Source: Eledone cirrhosa (taxonomy: Eukaryota). From it: 64,000 nt of DNA. A program made the translations under genes and the position numbers. Every line of letters starts with the position of its first letter. Within the stretch, counting starts at the first letter, position 1. Location: assembly GCA_964016885.1 (NCBI GenBank), contig OZ024740.1, positions 214,396,001 to 214,460,000 of the forward strand, read 5' to 3'. The notes beneath the pieces were generated by a model, which saw only the letters and a list, made by a program, of their open reading frames with translations, ran no database searches and was not told where the DNA came from. This document shows positions 44,516-57,645 of the stretch, one piece after another.

Positions 44516-44521
<6 letters not shown>
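44041..44521. repeat. Inverted repeat with ~185-bp arms and an internal partial tandem duplication
   Basis: 44041-44228 versus reverse complement of 44335-44521; related direct copy at ~43700-43830. Confidence 0.88.
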
Positions 44522-44558
<37 letters not shown>

Positions 44559-44587
44559 GATTGGTGCTCTGAAATAGCGATGTATAC

Positions 44588-45037
44588 ATGAATGTATGTA
44601 TAGTATATTTGGCAATATACCGTATGCTTAATTAAAAACATTTTGAAGACCTTGCGCTATCATTTTTAAAGTATCGGCTATGTCACTTACCTCTTTTTTT
44701 CTGCAAAAGAAGGGAGAGAAGCTGACAGAGTCTGTTTCACACTGTTGGTGACCATCATAGAAGCTGGATTCTTATAGAATTCCAGTATTAATCAGGAGCT
44801 GATTATACAGAGCGATTGCCGGTCCAGAAAAGTATTAGGATTAGTGCTAGCTCCAGTTCTATGATTTTCGGATCTGATGATCACCAACAGTATGAAACAG
44901 ACTCTGTCAGCTTCTCTCCCTTCTTTTGCCGAAAAAAAAAGAAGTGACATAGTCACTACTTTAAAAATAATAGCGCAAGTTCTTCAAAATGTTTTTAATT
45001 AAACATACGGTATATTGCCAAATATACTATACATACA

Positions 45038-45042
<5 letters not shown>
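44588..45042. mobile_element. Inverted pLTR pair (~170-bp arms) between (TA)n tracts
   Basis: 44588-44758 versus reverse complement of 44876-45042; hammerhead in right arm. Confidence 0.82.
44869..44914 (+). ncRNA. Type I hammerhead motif with imperfect stem I
   Basis: GGAU-CUGAUGA-UCACCAACAGUAU-GAAA-CAGACUCUG-UC-AGCU; GUC triplet; the left-arm copy restores stem II CAC/GUG. Confidence 0.65.
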
Positions 45043-45079
<37 letters not shown>

Positions 45080-45226
45080 TATATATATATATGCAGAGGT
45101 TATATTTAATTTGTTGGGATACAACAGGCTAAAATATTTTTATAACTGATATAAAGCACTCAACAAATTATTGGAGTAAATATACAATATATTAACAAAT
45201 GGAAACTATATTTATAAAACCATATT

Positions 45227-45292
45227 TATTTTATTATACATATTTCAAGAGCCACCAAGGCAGATTATGGTGCGCTTTCATCAGATAAAATA
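45227..45292 (-). ncRNA. Type I hammerhead ribozyme at PLE 3' end
   Basis: Minus strand UAUUUUAU-CUGAUGA-AAGCGCACCA(UAAUCUGCCU)UGGUGGCUCUU-GAAA-UAUGUA-UA-AUAAAAUA. Confidence 0.82.
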
Positions 45293-46007
45293 TAATACAG
45301 ATTAGTTTTATAAATAAATATTGACATACCCTGAAAAAACCTTAACGGTTGGAGCTTCCTGGATAGTGGAGATATTAGATTTATTATTATGATTTAGTAT
45401 GCAAATTAGTGTTGGAAAGGTTTAAATAACAGTATATTTAAATTAAACCGTTGGAAGAGATAAAAAGAAAGAGAAAAAAAAAAGAAAGAGAAAAAGAAAT
45501 TGTTTATATTGTTTATATTGACTATATTTAAGTGAGAGAGAATATTAGTTATAAGGAGAATTATAGCGTAAGTTTGTTTACGTGAGAGGAGAAAAGAAAC
45601 GAAGCAACGAATATAGCGTGGATGAATAATAGCAGGATTCATTATAATGATAGGTTGAACATTTTTTTATCTAAGGTTTAATTAATAAATTTGATTTAAT
45701 GTTTAATTAATAATTTAATAGTTTAATCATTAGTTTAAATGTGTATGTTAGATTATTAAAAAAATTAAAAACTATTATATATTATTAAAAAATATATTAT
45801 TAGTATAAAAACATATATATTATTATTATAATAAAATATATATTATCATTAATTATTAATTATTAAAAAAATTGTAGGTTAAATGTATCCAAATAATTCT
45901 AAACCCATGGAAATTCCGAGAGTTTACTGAAGAATAACCCCTTATTTGTATTATAATAGCAGTACAGCATAAAGGAAGTTATTAATGATTTATTAATGAA
46001 TTATTAA

Positions 46008-46196
46008 GGTGGTGGATTGGCAGTATCGGTAGAGGGTCGGACGCCATGTTTTCCAGCATAGTTACGTCCCTTTACGATCTGAGTTCAAATCCCGCCGAGG
46101 TTGACTTTGCCTTTCATCCTTACGGGGTCGATAAAATAAAGTACCAGTAATGCACTGGGTAATTTGCTGGCCTTGTGCCTAAAGTAGAAACAATTA
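46008..46196 (+). mobile_element. tRNA-SINE family A inserted in the PLE 3' region
   Basis: Full length; ATTAATGATTTATTAAT occurs on both sides (TSD-like). Confidence 0.9.
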
Positions 46197-46854
46197 ATGA
46201 TTTATTAATAACTCAGATGACTCTAAGGATTAAATGCTATAAGGTTAAGAAGTTAAAAAGTCTTAAGAATGTAATTAGAATATGAATCTTATGTTATTTT
46301 ATACTAAGTCATAAATTTATAAATTCATAAATTTACCTGTTATAAAGTTATAACAGTTAAAACATAAATTTACTTACCATAACGTCACAACATATAGAAA
46401 TTATAACATTTAAAATGTTCATAAGAATATATTTAAAGCATAAAGCACAAAAAAAGCACAAAAAAAAACCTCTTTCATAAGAATATATTTATAAAATATA
46501 TTTAAAGTATAAATTTTAGGTTATACCACATATACATAAAAAATCACTATGGTTATCATATATATATAAACATTTGGATATATATATATTAAGCATTTGA
46601 AAAATATAAGAATATAGAAATATAAAATACACAATATAAAATATGAATTATAATTTTCCTATACCCGTCAGAGGAATTTTCAAAAAGTTTTTATCAAGAA
46701 AAAAAATTTTTCAAGAAAAAGTTTTCTTTTCTTTAAGGGAGTTACAAGCAGTCATATAAAAGGAATCTAATGATTTATCGATAGGTGTAATAATAATAGA
46801 GGATATTATGTAAAAGAGATGAGTTATGTATTACATTATATATATATATTTAAA

Positions 46855-47805
46855 CGTTGAATTCAACCGATGTTTACAAGAACTGAATAAATTATTCCTT
46901 AAATTAACAGAATTCTTACTTTTAAATATAAAGAATATTTCCTCTATACAAAGAGCACAATTTTCAGATGAAGCATTGAATGAAGGAGCTTTGGAGATAA
47001 TATTCCAAAGTAAAGAATAGTTAATGTTCTTTGATTTTAGGTCCCATAGTAAATTAGATAGAGAAGTTGAAAATATTTTACTAATATTTGTAAAAGAGCA
47101 TTTATGGTTATTAAAACGGGTCTTAAAATCTGTGGAGGTAGAGCCTACATAATTAAAGGAATTTATATTAGTTTTACATTACAATTGTATACTATATTTT
47201 TAACTAAACAATTATTATTTAGAGGACAGTTAGATTTATTTCTACAGTTACATTTATCTAAATTTAAGTTACTAGGAGCCGTACTATTATATTGGATATT
47301 GCTAGGGTTATTAATAGTATTCTGGTTAGGTTTTAAGTTTCTATTATTAATTCTATTAATATGCTGCGCTAAATTACTAGTGGTGGAATAGGATAATTTT
47401 ATAGTATGTCTATTAAATATTGAGTAATACCTATGTGTTCTAGGAAAGCATTTATCTAGAGCTTTAAAGAATAATTTAGCAATAGGAGTTTTAATACTTA
47501 ATGAGAAAGGGGGAGCGAACCATAATATATTCCTAGTTCTATTTTTGTTTTTGTTTTTCGAGTTATTGTAAGGTTTTCTATTATAGTTTTTCAAGTTATG
47601 GTTAGTTGGCACAACAATATTATCAATGTATTTAATTTTATTACTATATCCAGCCCTACGTAACGCTTCGTTATAATATTGTGCTTTATCTTCAAAAATA
47701 TTCTTATTAGCTGAAATTCTAGAAATACGTTGCTGCACAGAATTTATTATAGTGTTTTTAACGGATCTGGGGTGATTGGAATTAAAGTTAACATAGTTAA
47801 CACAC
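46855..47805 (-). pseudogene. PLE ORF remnant: RT thumb/linker plus GIY-YIG endonuclease, frameshifted
   Basis: SNHPRSVK..WFAPPFS..IFNRHTIKLSYS..CNCRNKSNCPLNNNCLVKNIVY, then after a frameshift YVGSTSTDFKTRFNNH..CALCIEE..SSCKHR. Confidence 0.88.
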
Positions 47806-47877
47806 ACATATATATATATATATTAATTCAAAATATTAATAAATATAGACATTCAACGTAATCAAAATATATTTTAT

Positions 47878-47952
47878 TATATTTTATTATATTATATAAA
47901 TTTCGAAGGTACTCTGCTGTTTTTTCAGTACATCCTCTTCAGATAAAATATA
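47878..47952 (-). ncRNA. Type I hammerhead motif with CUGAAGA core
   Basis: Minus strand UAUAUUUUAU-CUGAAGA-GGAUGUACUG..AGUACCUUC-GAAA-UUUAUAUAAUA-UA-AUAAAAUAUA; stem III weak. Confidence 0.65.
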
Positions 47953-48043
47953 TAAATTGATGTGTGACATACCTCAACTGTGCTGATGGTTCAATTCTAG
48001 TCTTGGCAGTCATATATATATATAGGAAAATATATATATATAG

Positions 48044-48149
<106 letters not shown>

Positions 48150-48157
48150 ATATATAT

Positions 48158-49028
48158 ATGATAATAATAGGCTGCCCGTTGCAAATGGTGGGGCATGTGA
48201 AAAAGTAGGTCCTTCATCAGTGACCCTCCAACCGTCCCAGGCATTTCATCGCTTTAAGGGCCATATGCCTCAGGTTGGTGCGAACAACGGCTAAAAAAAG
48301 TCGTTGGGACACGTAAACAAAGGGGACGCCAGGGTAACAAACAAAAAAGTTTAAGCAACGGAAAGTGAGAAGAAATAGACAAGTCCCAGATCTCTATGAA
48401 TATAAACTCGGTGAAATCGTGAACAAGAGACAAAAGACCATCAAACCTGGTTGAAATTTGAGCAAGGAAAGAATTTCGCCCAAGTTTGACGGGGGGGGGG
48501 GAAAGAGAGAAGAAGAAGAAGAAGAAGAAGAAGAAGAAGAAGAAGAAGAAGAAGAAGAAGAAGAAGAAGAAGAAGAAGAAGAAGAAGAAGAAGAAGGGGT
48601 CTGGTCAACGAATTCGGTAAACATAAGTTTTGTGAAGTCGCAGACGAAAGAGAGAGAGAGAAAAAAATGTCCATACCAGCTTGGTCAAGACCGCGCGAGA
48701 AAAGAATTACACACAGGTCAAACTTGAAGGAGGAGGAGGAAAGAGGAGGAGGAGAGGTAGTGACAGAGAATGAGTGAGTGAAAGTTGAGGAGGAGGCTAA
48801 CAGAGAGAGAGACTGCTAGAAAGGGTAAAAACGAACAGACGAGTGGCAGCAGAAGAAAAATTATGTGTAAATATGATAATAATAGGCTGCCCGTTCCAAA
48901 TGGTGGAGCATGTGAAAAAGTAGGTCCTTCATCAGTGACCCTCCAACCGTCCCAGGCATTTCATCGCTTTAAGGGCCATATGCCTCAGGTTGGTGCGAAC
49001 AACGGCTAAAAAAAGTCGTTGGGACACG

Positions 49029-49030
<2 letters not shown>
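48158..49030 (-). mobile_element. Non-coding element with ~160-bp terminal direct repeat (~1.2 units of ~712 bp) in (TA)n
   Basis: 48158-48315 repeated at 48871-49030; (TA)n on both sides; orientation tentative. Confidence 0.75.
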
Positions 49031-49106
<76 letters not shown>

Positions 49107-49110
<4 letters not shown>

Positions 49111-49580
49111 GAGAAAGACCCACTTAAAGATTATGGTGGTAGAAAAGCCAGGAACCACCATAAAATCCCTGATCAGCAAAACCTACCGTTTTAAGAAAAT
49201 CTACTGTACTAATAGGAAATGTATTATATGTAAAGTAAAACCCGGATAAACTGTAAAACTAGAAACGTAGTCTATAGCATAAGATGTACAGAGGATACTT
49301 TCAGAAACATGACAACAACATACATAGGCGAGACAGCTCGTAGTATAGGTGAAAGGATAGACCAAGACGGTGGGGGGGGGGGGGGGGACTAAAAGGACGA
49401 AAAAACGGTTCAGTACTATACAAACATGCCAGACAACAACACGACGGTAACATAGACAACATAGAAATTAGAATAATATCTAAACATAGAAATGACCCAG
49501 CAGATAGGCAAATCAGAGAGGCCAGCGAAATAGAACTTAGAAGGCCAAGGCTAAACAGAAAAAAAATGAATGGAATAACA
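49107..49580 (+). pseudogene. PLE GIY-YIG endonuclease remnant, second clade
   Basis: KIMVVEKPG..CTNRKCIIC / NCKTRNVVYSIRC..YIGETARSIGER / SVLYKHARQQH..RQIREASEI..LNRK; frameshifted. Confidence 0.85.
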
Positions 49581-50683
49581 ACACCCAAACAAACAATACT
49601 GACCTAAGAGAAGTATAAATAAATAAATAAATACATACACAAGCACAATAACAACAAATACATATAAACACACCCTAGTAAACTAAGATAGAATACAATA
49701 ACCAATACACAGTCACCCAAACACGAACACACATCAAACACTATACACACACGCAAACACATGCGCAGAGAAGACAAAAAAAAAAAAAATAAACAGACTA
49801 AATAAAGATGGCGTAGGCATACAATACAACAGGAGGAAAGATAATAGCACCACTTACGATGTTGCAGATGTGCAACGAAAGAACTTTGTTAGACTATATA
49901 TATGTGTTTGTGTCTATATTATATCTGTATTTTTACCGTTGGTTAGTCAATGGTAACATTGAGGACCGAATAAATTAAATTAACCGATATAAAAGACACA
50001 GAAGCGAAAACCAACCAAACAGTGAGTGTGTTCTGTTATTAATTCTGGCAATATTATTACACAAATATGACCCTCCCCAAGTATAACAATATATATATAT
50101 ATATATTCCTTTATTCTAATTGGTTTCAATCAGCGGACTGCAGTCTGCCATGCTAGGGCACCGTCTATAAATCATTAGACATAATATTGACTCCAGTATA
50201 TGTTTCTAGAGCCAATCATAAACACATATATACAGCATACACACACATACACACACATACACACACACACACACACACACATGCACGCACACATACACAC
50301 ATACACACGCATACACACAGACATACCCCACATACACGCACATACACACACACATACACACATACATACACACACATACACACATACACACGCATACACA
50401 CACACATACACACATTCACACACATACGAACACATACACACATACACACACACATACACACATACACACATACACACACATACACAGACATACACACACA
50501 AACATACACACACACACACACGCATACACACAGACATACACAGACATACACGCAGACATATACACACATACACACAGGCATACACACACATACACTCTCA
50601 TAACACTCATACACACATATACACACATACACACATATACACACATATACACACACATACACACATACGCACACATATCACGC

Positions 50684-50842
50684 AAAGCTAACATTGGCGT
50701 GATTTGAACTCAGACCGTAAAGTACCGTAACTATAGACCGCAAAACATGTTGACCGGCGCTCTACCGACACTGTCAATCCATCGCCATTATGGAATAGAT
50801 AATGATAACAAACCCAAGGGCTCAGACAGACTTTACAAGCCT

Positions 50843-50907
<65 letters not shown>

Positions 50908-52070
50908 ATGTGTGTGTGTATGTTTGTGTGTGTGTGTATGTGTGTGTATGTGTGCGTGTATGTCTGTGTGTGCGTGTATGTGTGTGTATGTGTGTGTATG
51001 TGTGTGTGTATGTTTGTGTGTGTCTATGTGTGTGTGTGCGTGTATGTCTGTATCTGTGTGTATGTGTGTGTGTATGTGTATGTGTATGTTTGTATGGGTG
51101 TGTGTGTGTATGTGTGTGTGTATATGTGTGTATGTATGTGTGTATGTGTGTGTGAGCATAAACCAATAATCTTACGAGAAATAGGTTAATTTGAAAATAA
51201 TTTGCTTTTAGTAAGAAAAGCTGCTACAATTTATATTAATTACTATAAAATAGTCGAATAAATCGGTTAAATAATTCTTGGAATTGGGAAAAGAGTGCAC
51301 AGAGAGGCTTGTTTGACAGGGACAGCTTCGATAAGTAATATCCATTCGAGCTAGATAAAGTAAAGGAAAAACACCCCAAATAAAACAACACCATTCTCAC
51401 AACATATACTCTACATTTACTCAACTGACATTACATATATTATACTCAAGAGAACAAACACTGCACTTGACCAAAGCTGAGCAATATTTCATCGACCAAA
51501 TGGAAATTTATTTTCTTTTCTCCTACTCCATATTCTCATACTGTGGAGAGAGTACTTTTACATAACTGGAATCCATGTTTAATTTACATTTCTTATCCGA
51601 GAACGTGAACCATCAGGATTTCTTCCTTGGATATTATATTCTGTAGTCTTCTATTCTAGATAGAGTTTTAATATTCTTATATAGTAAAAGGGAATGGTTC
51701 AGTCTCCCCGAAACAAACTGAATTTTTGATGTACTCTCGGATTTTTAACAATTTCCCAAGCCTATTAAATTTTGTTAATCTATTTCCGGCGAAATTTTAT
51801 TTTAAGTAGTAGCATTTCTGTGACAGTTAATTTTCTTTAGACATTAAAAAAACATTATACATGGCAAAAAAGTACATTATTAGAAACCCCATATGTTATG
51901 TAATAAATAGGATGGGTTAGTGTCTCAATATGTAAACTAAATGACTAATTCTGGTTTGTAAAAAATCAACAGACAGCCTAGACATATTACCGATTTACCC
52001 CATCTTTATTTCCCCCTATTATTATATGTATATCCTTTACGGTCTGAGTTCAAAAGTAGAAACAATTATT
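50684..52070. repeat. Segmental duplication, copy 1 (paralog at 57845-59600)
   Basis: Shared SINE fragment, TG tract and ~900 bp of unique-looking sequence from 51153. Confidence 0.92.
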
Positions 52071-52682
52071 ATATATATATATATATATATATAATAAATA
52101 AATAAATTAGTTGTGTTCAAATCATTTAATAGCTGACAATAGTTTCTTCCAAACTCTCGTTTGGAGTCATCGGAGCATTATCAATGTTTGTACATGTAAT
52201 TACCCTACTATTCAACTGAACAATAATATAGATACATATAAATTGATGTTGTGAGCAACAGTTTTGTATTTACAGGGTGTACTGGATGTGACATATATTT
52301 TACGAGAATTGTACAAAAATTCAAATTCAAATTAAAAGCACAGAGTGGAATACATGCAACAGATAATACAAGAGAATAGTCTAATAATTAAAGAGGCATT
52401 GAGAAAGGAGCATTGAGAAAGAAAGAGAACATTAGCAATACATATGTAAGCGTGTAGAAAGTGCACATGCGTTAGTCATATATATGAGAAGGAAATAGGC
52501 AAAGTTATTATGCATATATAGATAAATAAATACTGTATGTTAAGCAAATATGTTAATGTATTAAAATCTATGGTGGATGTAGTATGTTGATAGAGTTTGA
52601 ATTTGTGTGTGTTGAGAAAAACAAAGTTATTGTAGTCTTGCACCTGAGCACTTTACACAATAATTTCATTATTATTATTATT

Positions 52683-53190
52683 CTGGTGGCCATGGCGAAA
52701 GAGATTGTGTGGTGGACAAGGTTAAAAGGGTTAAAGACAGACACTTTCCTCTTCGGCGAATCCCTAATTAACTTTTTCAAGTTTCACTTGAAGAGGAAAA
52801 TCAGGGTGGAGAGGCAAGTGCTGCCTTCTAGCAAGTTTGTTGAAAGGTGGGTGAATGTAGCGAGAATGGTCCGAGTGAACGGGACAGCTCTGAATATACG
52901 TCTGTAGTTTGAGAGATGGAAACATTGAGAGAGGGCGCTTGTCCTGGTGGTCAGGGTGGCCGTGGTCTTTTGTGTGGTTTTCGCCACGAGTAACCCTCGG
53001 AAGTTTCCCCCCCTATTGGGGAATCTTTCATTGTTTCAATTTTCATTTTTATTGTTTATATATATATATGTTTCTATGTCCTTTTTTTTTTTCTTTTCTT
53101 ATATAAATAATAAAAATATTTACACGCACAAAACCCACATCGTACCGATCTGTGCCGTCTGTAATGTTTTTCTTGTGGCCAATAAAGAAA
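52683..53190 (+). mobile_element. Tx1/L1-like LINE 3' fragment in (ATT)n
   Basis: LVAMAKEIVWWTRLKGL..FVERWVNVARMVRVNG; ends AATAAAGAAATCATTATT. Confidence 0.85.
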
Positions 53191-53621
53191 TCATTATTAT
53201 TATCATTATTTTCCATTACATATGTTGAATTATATTTTAGTTAATGTTTATATTGAATGTTTTAAGTCAGTTAAAGCAATTGATTGTAAATTAGTCTTAT
53301 TGAATTCTTATTCATGGACTATAGTTGTTCAACAGGTAGCTTTTCCAACGGTTTAATTTCCGGAAGTGAGTAAGGGGAGCTAATGCGTCAGGGGAGGTAA
53401 CTAGCTAATTAAATTCTAGCTGTTAGTATATAACAATGTCAGATTTGAATTCCTCACCACCATTAACACTTCACATCTAGGACCTATCAGCCCCCGTAGC
53501 AACACACTCTTTGATCAGCTCTTTCCTCTACACAACTCCTATTTATCTCTAACCTTATACTCTACAATAACTGTTAGAATTAAACATAAAATTACCACCT
53601 TTTGATATAACTACTATAGCT

Positions 53622-53804
53622 TGGATTGGCAGTATCGGTAGAGGGTCGGACGCCATGCTTTCCAGCATAGTTACGTCCCTTTACGATCTGAGTTCAAATC
53701 CCGCCGAGGTTGACTTTGCCTTTCATCCTTACGGGGTCGATAAAGTAAAGTACCAGTAATGCACTGGGTAATTGCTGGCCTTGTGCCTAAAGTAGAAACA
53801 ATTA
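53622..53804 (+). mobile_element. tRNA-SINE family A
   Basis: Full-length match. Confidence 0.9.
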
Positions 53805-53940
53805 TATACAGTAATGGATATTTAGTATGTAAAAACATTTAATGTAATATGTAATAATAAAACTATATATACATTTATAATTAAATTTTTAAATTAATAA
53901 CATATTTATCAGGGATCTACCTTTAACACAATATAATAAT

Positions 53941-54122
53941 AATTGTTTCTACTTAAGGCACAAGGCCAGCAATTACCCAGTTCATTACTGGTACTTTATT
54001 TTATCGACCCCCGTAAGGATGAAAGGCAAAGTCAACTTCGGCGGGATTTGAACTCAGATCGTAAAGGGACGTAACTATGGTGGAGAGCATGGCGTCCGAC
54101 CTCTACCGATACTGCCAATCCA
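53941..54122 (-). mobile_element. tRNA-SINE family A
   Basis: Full-length reverse-complement match. Confidence 0.9.
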
Positions 54123-54389
54123 CAATAATAATGAAGTATATATACATTAATAATTAAATATATAATGTAATAGCATTGTATATAAGGGATGAACTTTTAA
54201 AACAATAATATATATTATTACACAAATGATATATCTATTTGGACATGTAAACAGCTATGCAATTTTTCCATAACATATATCTTGTCCAGTAATGAATAGA
54301 TAACAATCTAAAGGGACCTTTAACGTATTATAGGAAAATACACTGTATTTAAAATTAAGTATTAATATATAGCATTATGTAATAGAAGA

Positions 54390-54575
54390 GGTGGATTGGC
54401 AGTATCGGTAGAGGGTCGGACGCCATGCTTTGACGCATAGAGTTACGGCCCTTGCCATTCTGAGTTCAAATCCCGCCGAGGTTAACTTTGCCTTTCATCC
54501 TTACGGGGACGATAAAATAAAGTACCAGTAATGCACTGGGTAATTGCTGGCCTTGTGCCAAAAGTAGAAACAGTT
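54390..54575 (+). mobile_element. tRNA-SINE family A
   Basis: Full length; flanked by TTATGTAATAGA duplication. Confidence 0.9.
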
Positions 54576-54858
54576 ATGTAATAGAGATTCACTTGTATCA
54601 CATTATAATGTGTATTAGAGCAAAGAATTTAAATAACTGAATTTAATTAGCTAGTTACCTCCCCTTACGCATTAGCTCCCCTTACTCACTTCCGGAAATT
54701 AAACCGTTGGAAAAGCTACCCATTGAAAAATTATAGTCCATGAGTAAGAATACAATAAGACTAATTTCAATCCATTGCTTTAACTAACTTAAAACATTCA
54801 ATATAAACATTAGCTAAAATATAATTCAACATATGTAATGGAAAATAATGATAATAAT

Positions 54859-55043
54859 AATTGTTTCTACTTTAGGCACAGCCAGCAATTACCCAGTACA
54901 TTACTGGTACTTTATTTTATCGACCCCGTAAGGATGAAAGGAAAAGTTAACCTCGGCTGGATTTGAACTCAGACTGTAAAGGGACGTAACTATGCTAGAA
55001 CGCATGGCGTCCAACCCTCTACCGATACTGCCAATTCACCACC
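54859..55043 (-). mobile_element. tRNA-SINE family A
   Basis: Full-length reverse-complement match. Confidence 0.9.
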
Positions 55044-55077
55044 CTTATGATAATGATAATAATAATGATAATAATAA

Positions 55078-57645
55078 TGATTTCATTTATTAGCCACAAG
55101 GGCCGACATGTAGGGGACAATACAAAGACAGGGACAGTGGGGGTTTACAATAAGGTCGAGTAAAAGTGCACAATGGCAAGACTAATTTAACAATGAAGAT
55201 ATACAAATATAAAATAAACTATGCATAAATATAACAAAATAAATTCCCCGATAGAGGGTGGACGACCCTGGGGTGACTCGGGTACCCCACCAATCCTGAA
55301 CCACCCTGCGCTTCTAGAGCACCCAGAGAGAGCACCCCTCTCCTCAAGTTAGCTAGCCTATAGGCGCATGGTCAGAGTAGGCCCATTCACACGGGCCATT
55401 CTCGCCACATTCATCCACCTTTTAGCAAATGTACTGAGGGCAGCACTTCTCTCTCCACCCTCACCTTCCTTTCCAGGTGAAACTTGAAGAAGTTGATGAG
55501 GGATTGTCCGAAGAGAAAAGTGTCTGTGTTCAGTCCTTTTAATCTGGTCCACCATATAACCTCTTTCGCAACTGCCACCAGACAGAGGAACATTTCCTGC
55601 TCTTCCTGACCTAAGGAAGGTGGCGGGTCGATCTTCACTATGGACTCGGCCGATAGCCGGATTCGTTCCACACGTGACAGTAGCTGTTCGACATAATTCC
55701 ACAAGTCAGTAATGCACGGACATTGGACAAGTGCGTGCAGAACGGTTTCGTCGTTCTGTGCGCATCTTGGACAGGTCCGCCTGACAGCACTTCCGTGCCT
55801 TTAGAGTTTATCCCTAACCGGCAGTGCCCCCCGGTAGCACCGCCAAGCGAAGGATTTCTGGAAATTGTCCATCGTCCCGGCTCGAAAGTCCTCCGGAACA
55901 GACTGGTCAGTTCGACTTCGTCGAGGCCCAAAGCTACTCCGAGTGCGTCATCGCACTTGCTCACCACTAATCCTCTATAGAATTCGAGAGTGGAAGTTCC
56001 ACTGATCACATTGCCCGCTTGGTAGAGGACACTGAGTACCTGGCAACATTCCAGGTGCCAGTCACCCAGTCTCGGTCTCTTCTTGACCCAGGACTGCAGC
56101 TCAGTCAAAGAGACGAGCTGCGGAAAGGTCTGATAAACGGCGACCACAACTGTTCAACGTTTACGCAGAATATCTGGAGATGTTGCAGCCTCAACGCATG
56201 TCTGCGCATCATTAACCACGGCATCCCCAGCCCTCTGCGTAGAGGGTGCTGGCAGCAGATGGACCGCCTCCCCAACTGAACTTGTCCCTCCACAATAATT
56301 TGAAGAGGAGCCGTTCCAACTTGGCGAGGCGCGGACGGGGCAAGGCACGGCAGTCAGGCGGTAGTAGATGACGGAAGCGATGTACACATTCGCCACCTCC
56401 GCGCGACCTTTCAGTGATAGCTTCCTCCCAGCCCATTTTTGGGTGACACTGGTTACTCTGTTCGTTACCTCGTCCCAATTCTTTTCCACCTGGAGGTCTG
56501 GTCCGAACCAAACTCCGAGCAACTTTACCAGTCCGTCCGTCCAGCGCCCCACGACGCTATTGGACGGCATAGGCTTGCCTCTCCAGGTTCCGAGCTGCAA
56601 GCCCACCGACTTTTCCGGGTAAAGTTTGGCTCCTGTCAAACTTTCATATTCCTTCAATAAGGTGCCGACCAACTCGATTTCTGAGGTGTCCGACACCATT
56701 ACGGTGATGTCGTCCGCATAAGCCGACACCGCCTTTCCACGTCCCGGTTCGAGCGGAATGCCCTGCAACAGCTCCAGCTTCCGCAGTAAAGGCTCGAGAG
56801 TCAATACGTACAGAAGGGAAGAGAGAGGGCACCCTTGACGGACCGATCGGGAGAGCCGAAATGGTTCCGAGAGGTGGCCATTAACCTTGACTACCGAGTG
56901 TGTGCCGCTATGCATTGCAGCGATCCAGCTTCTGAAGACAGGGCCGAAGCCAGCTGCTTTGAGGACAAACTCCAGATACCGATGGTCGACCCTATCGAAT
57001 GCTTTAGATTAATCTAAATTGATCAGTGCCTCACCGAAGCCAGGTCTACACCCTACCCTCTCTATGATGTATCGCATGAGGTGGAGATTGTCGTGTATGG
57101 ACCTGGCTGGGATTGCACAAGTGTGAGCCTCCCCAACCAAATCCTGGACGACAAGCGCCAATCTCTTTGTTAACACCTTGGCTAAAATCTTAACCTCTGT
57201 GTTGAGCAGAGTTATGGGCCTGAAGTTGTCTAATGTATCCCTCTTGTTCTCGTCTTTCCTTATCAGCGTCACCACTCCCCTGCTCACAGAACTGGGAATA
57301 CTCCCATTCTGCTGCCAGTTGCAGTAGGGTGCTTCGAGGAGATCGTAGAACAAGTCTGGCATATTTACGTAAAGCTCGTAGGGCAGGCCATCCAAACCGG
57401 GTGACTTGCGCCTCATGCAGCCGACAAGGGCGTCCTGAATTTCGGCTGAAGTAATCGGTCTTTCGCAGCGCTCAGCGTCGAACGTCGAGATGCGCGGCAA
57501 GCCGTCAGGGTAGGGACTGAAATCCGCTACTCTCTCTGACTCGCCACTCTCCCATAACAACCGAGCAAAGCGCTGGCGAAAGGCCTCACTCATCTGCTTG
57601 GAATCGCTTATCTCATGTCCGTCTCGGTACGCCAAAGACCGAATA
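55078..57645 (-). mobile_element. 5'-truncated Tx1/L1-like LINE, degenerate ORF2 (RT and zinc-binding regions)
   Basis: KSPGLDGLPYE, NFRPITLLNTEVKILAK, SVRQGCPLS, AYADDIT, KLLGVWF, WWTRLKGL; several frameshifts; 3' end in (ATT/ATC)n. Confidence 0.93.

Larger units (their letters stand above)
45093..47805 (-). mobile_element. 5'-truncated Penelope-like element: RT C-terminus, GIY-YIG, long 3' UTR/pLTR
   Basis: Coding remnant 46855-47805; hammerhead near the 3' end; bounded by (TA)n; continuity of the AT-rich UTR is inferred. Confidence 0.75.
53192..54861. mobile_element. Fold-back or MITE-like element with ~225-bp inverted arms
   Basis: 53192-53416 versus reverse complement of 54639-54861; spacer holds three SINEs. 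Confidence 0.75.

Noticed and set aside
46008-46100. tRNA genes at SINE heads
   Set aside because: A/B boxes are present but there is no full cloverleaf, and each is followed by the shared SINE body.
49845-49900. Hammerhead downstream of the GIY-YIG remnant (CTTACGA-TGTTGCA..TGCAAC-GAAA)
   Set aside because: Good stem II, but the core is mutated and stems I and III cannot be formed; at best a decayed relic.
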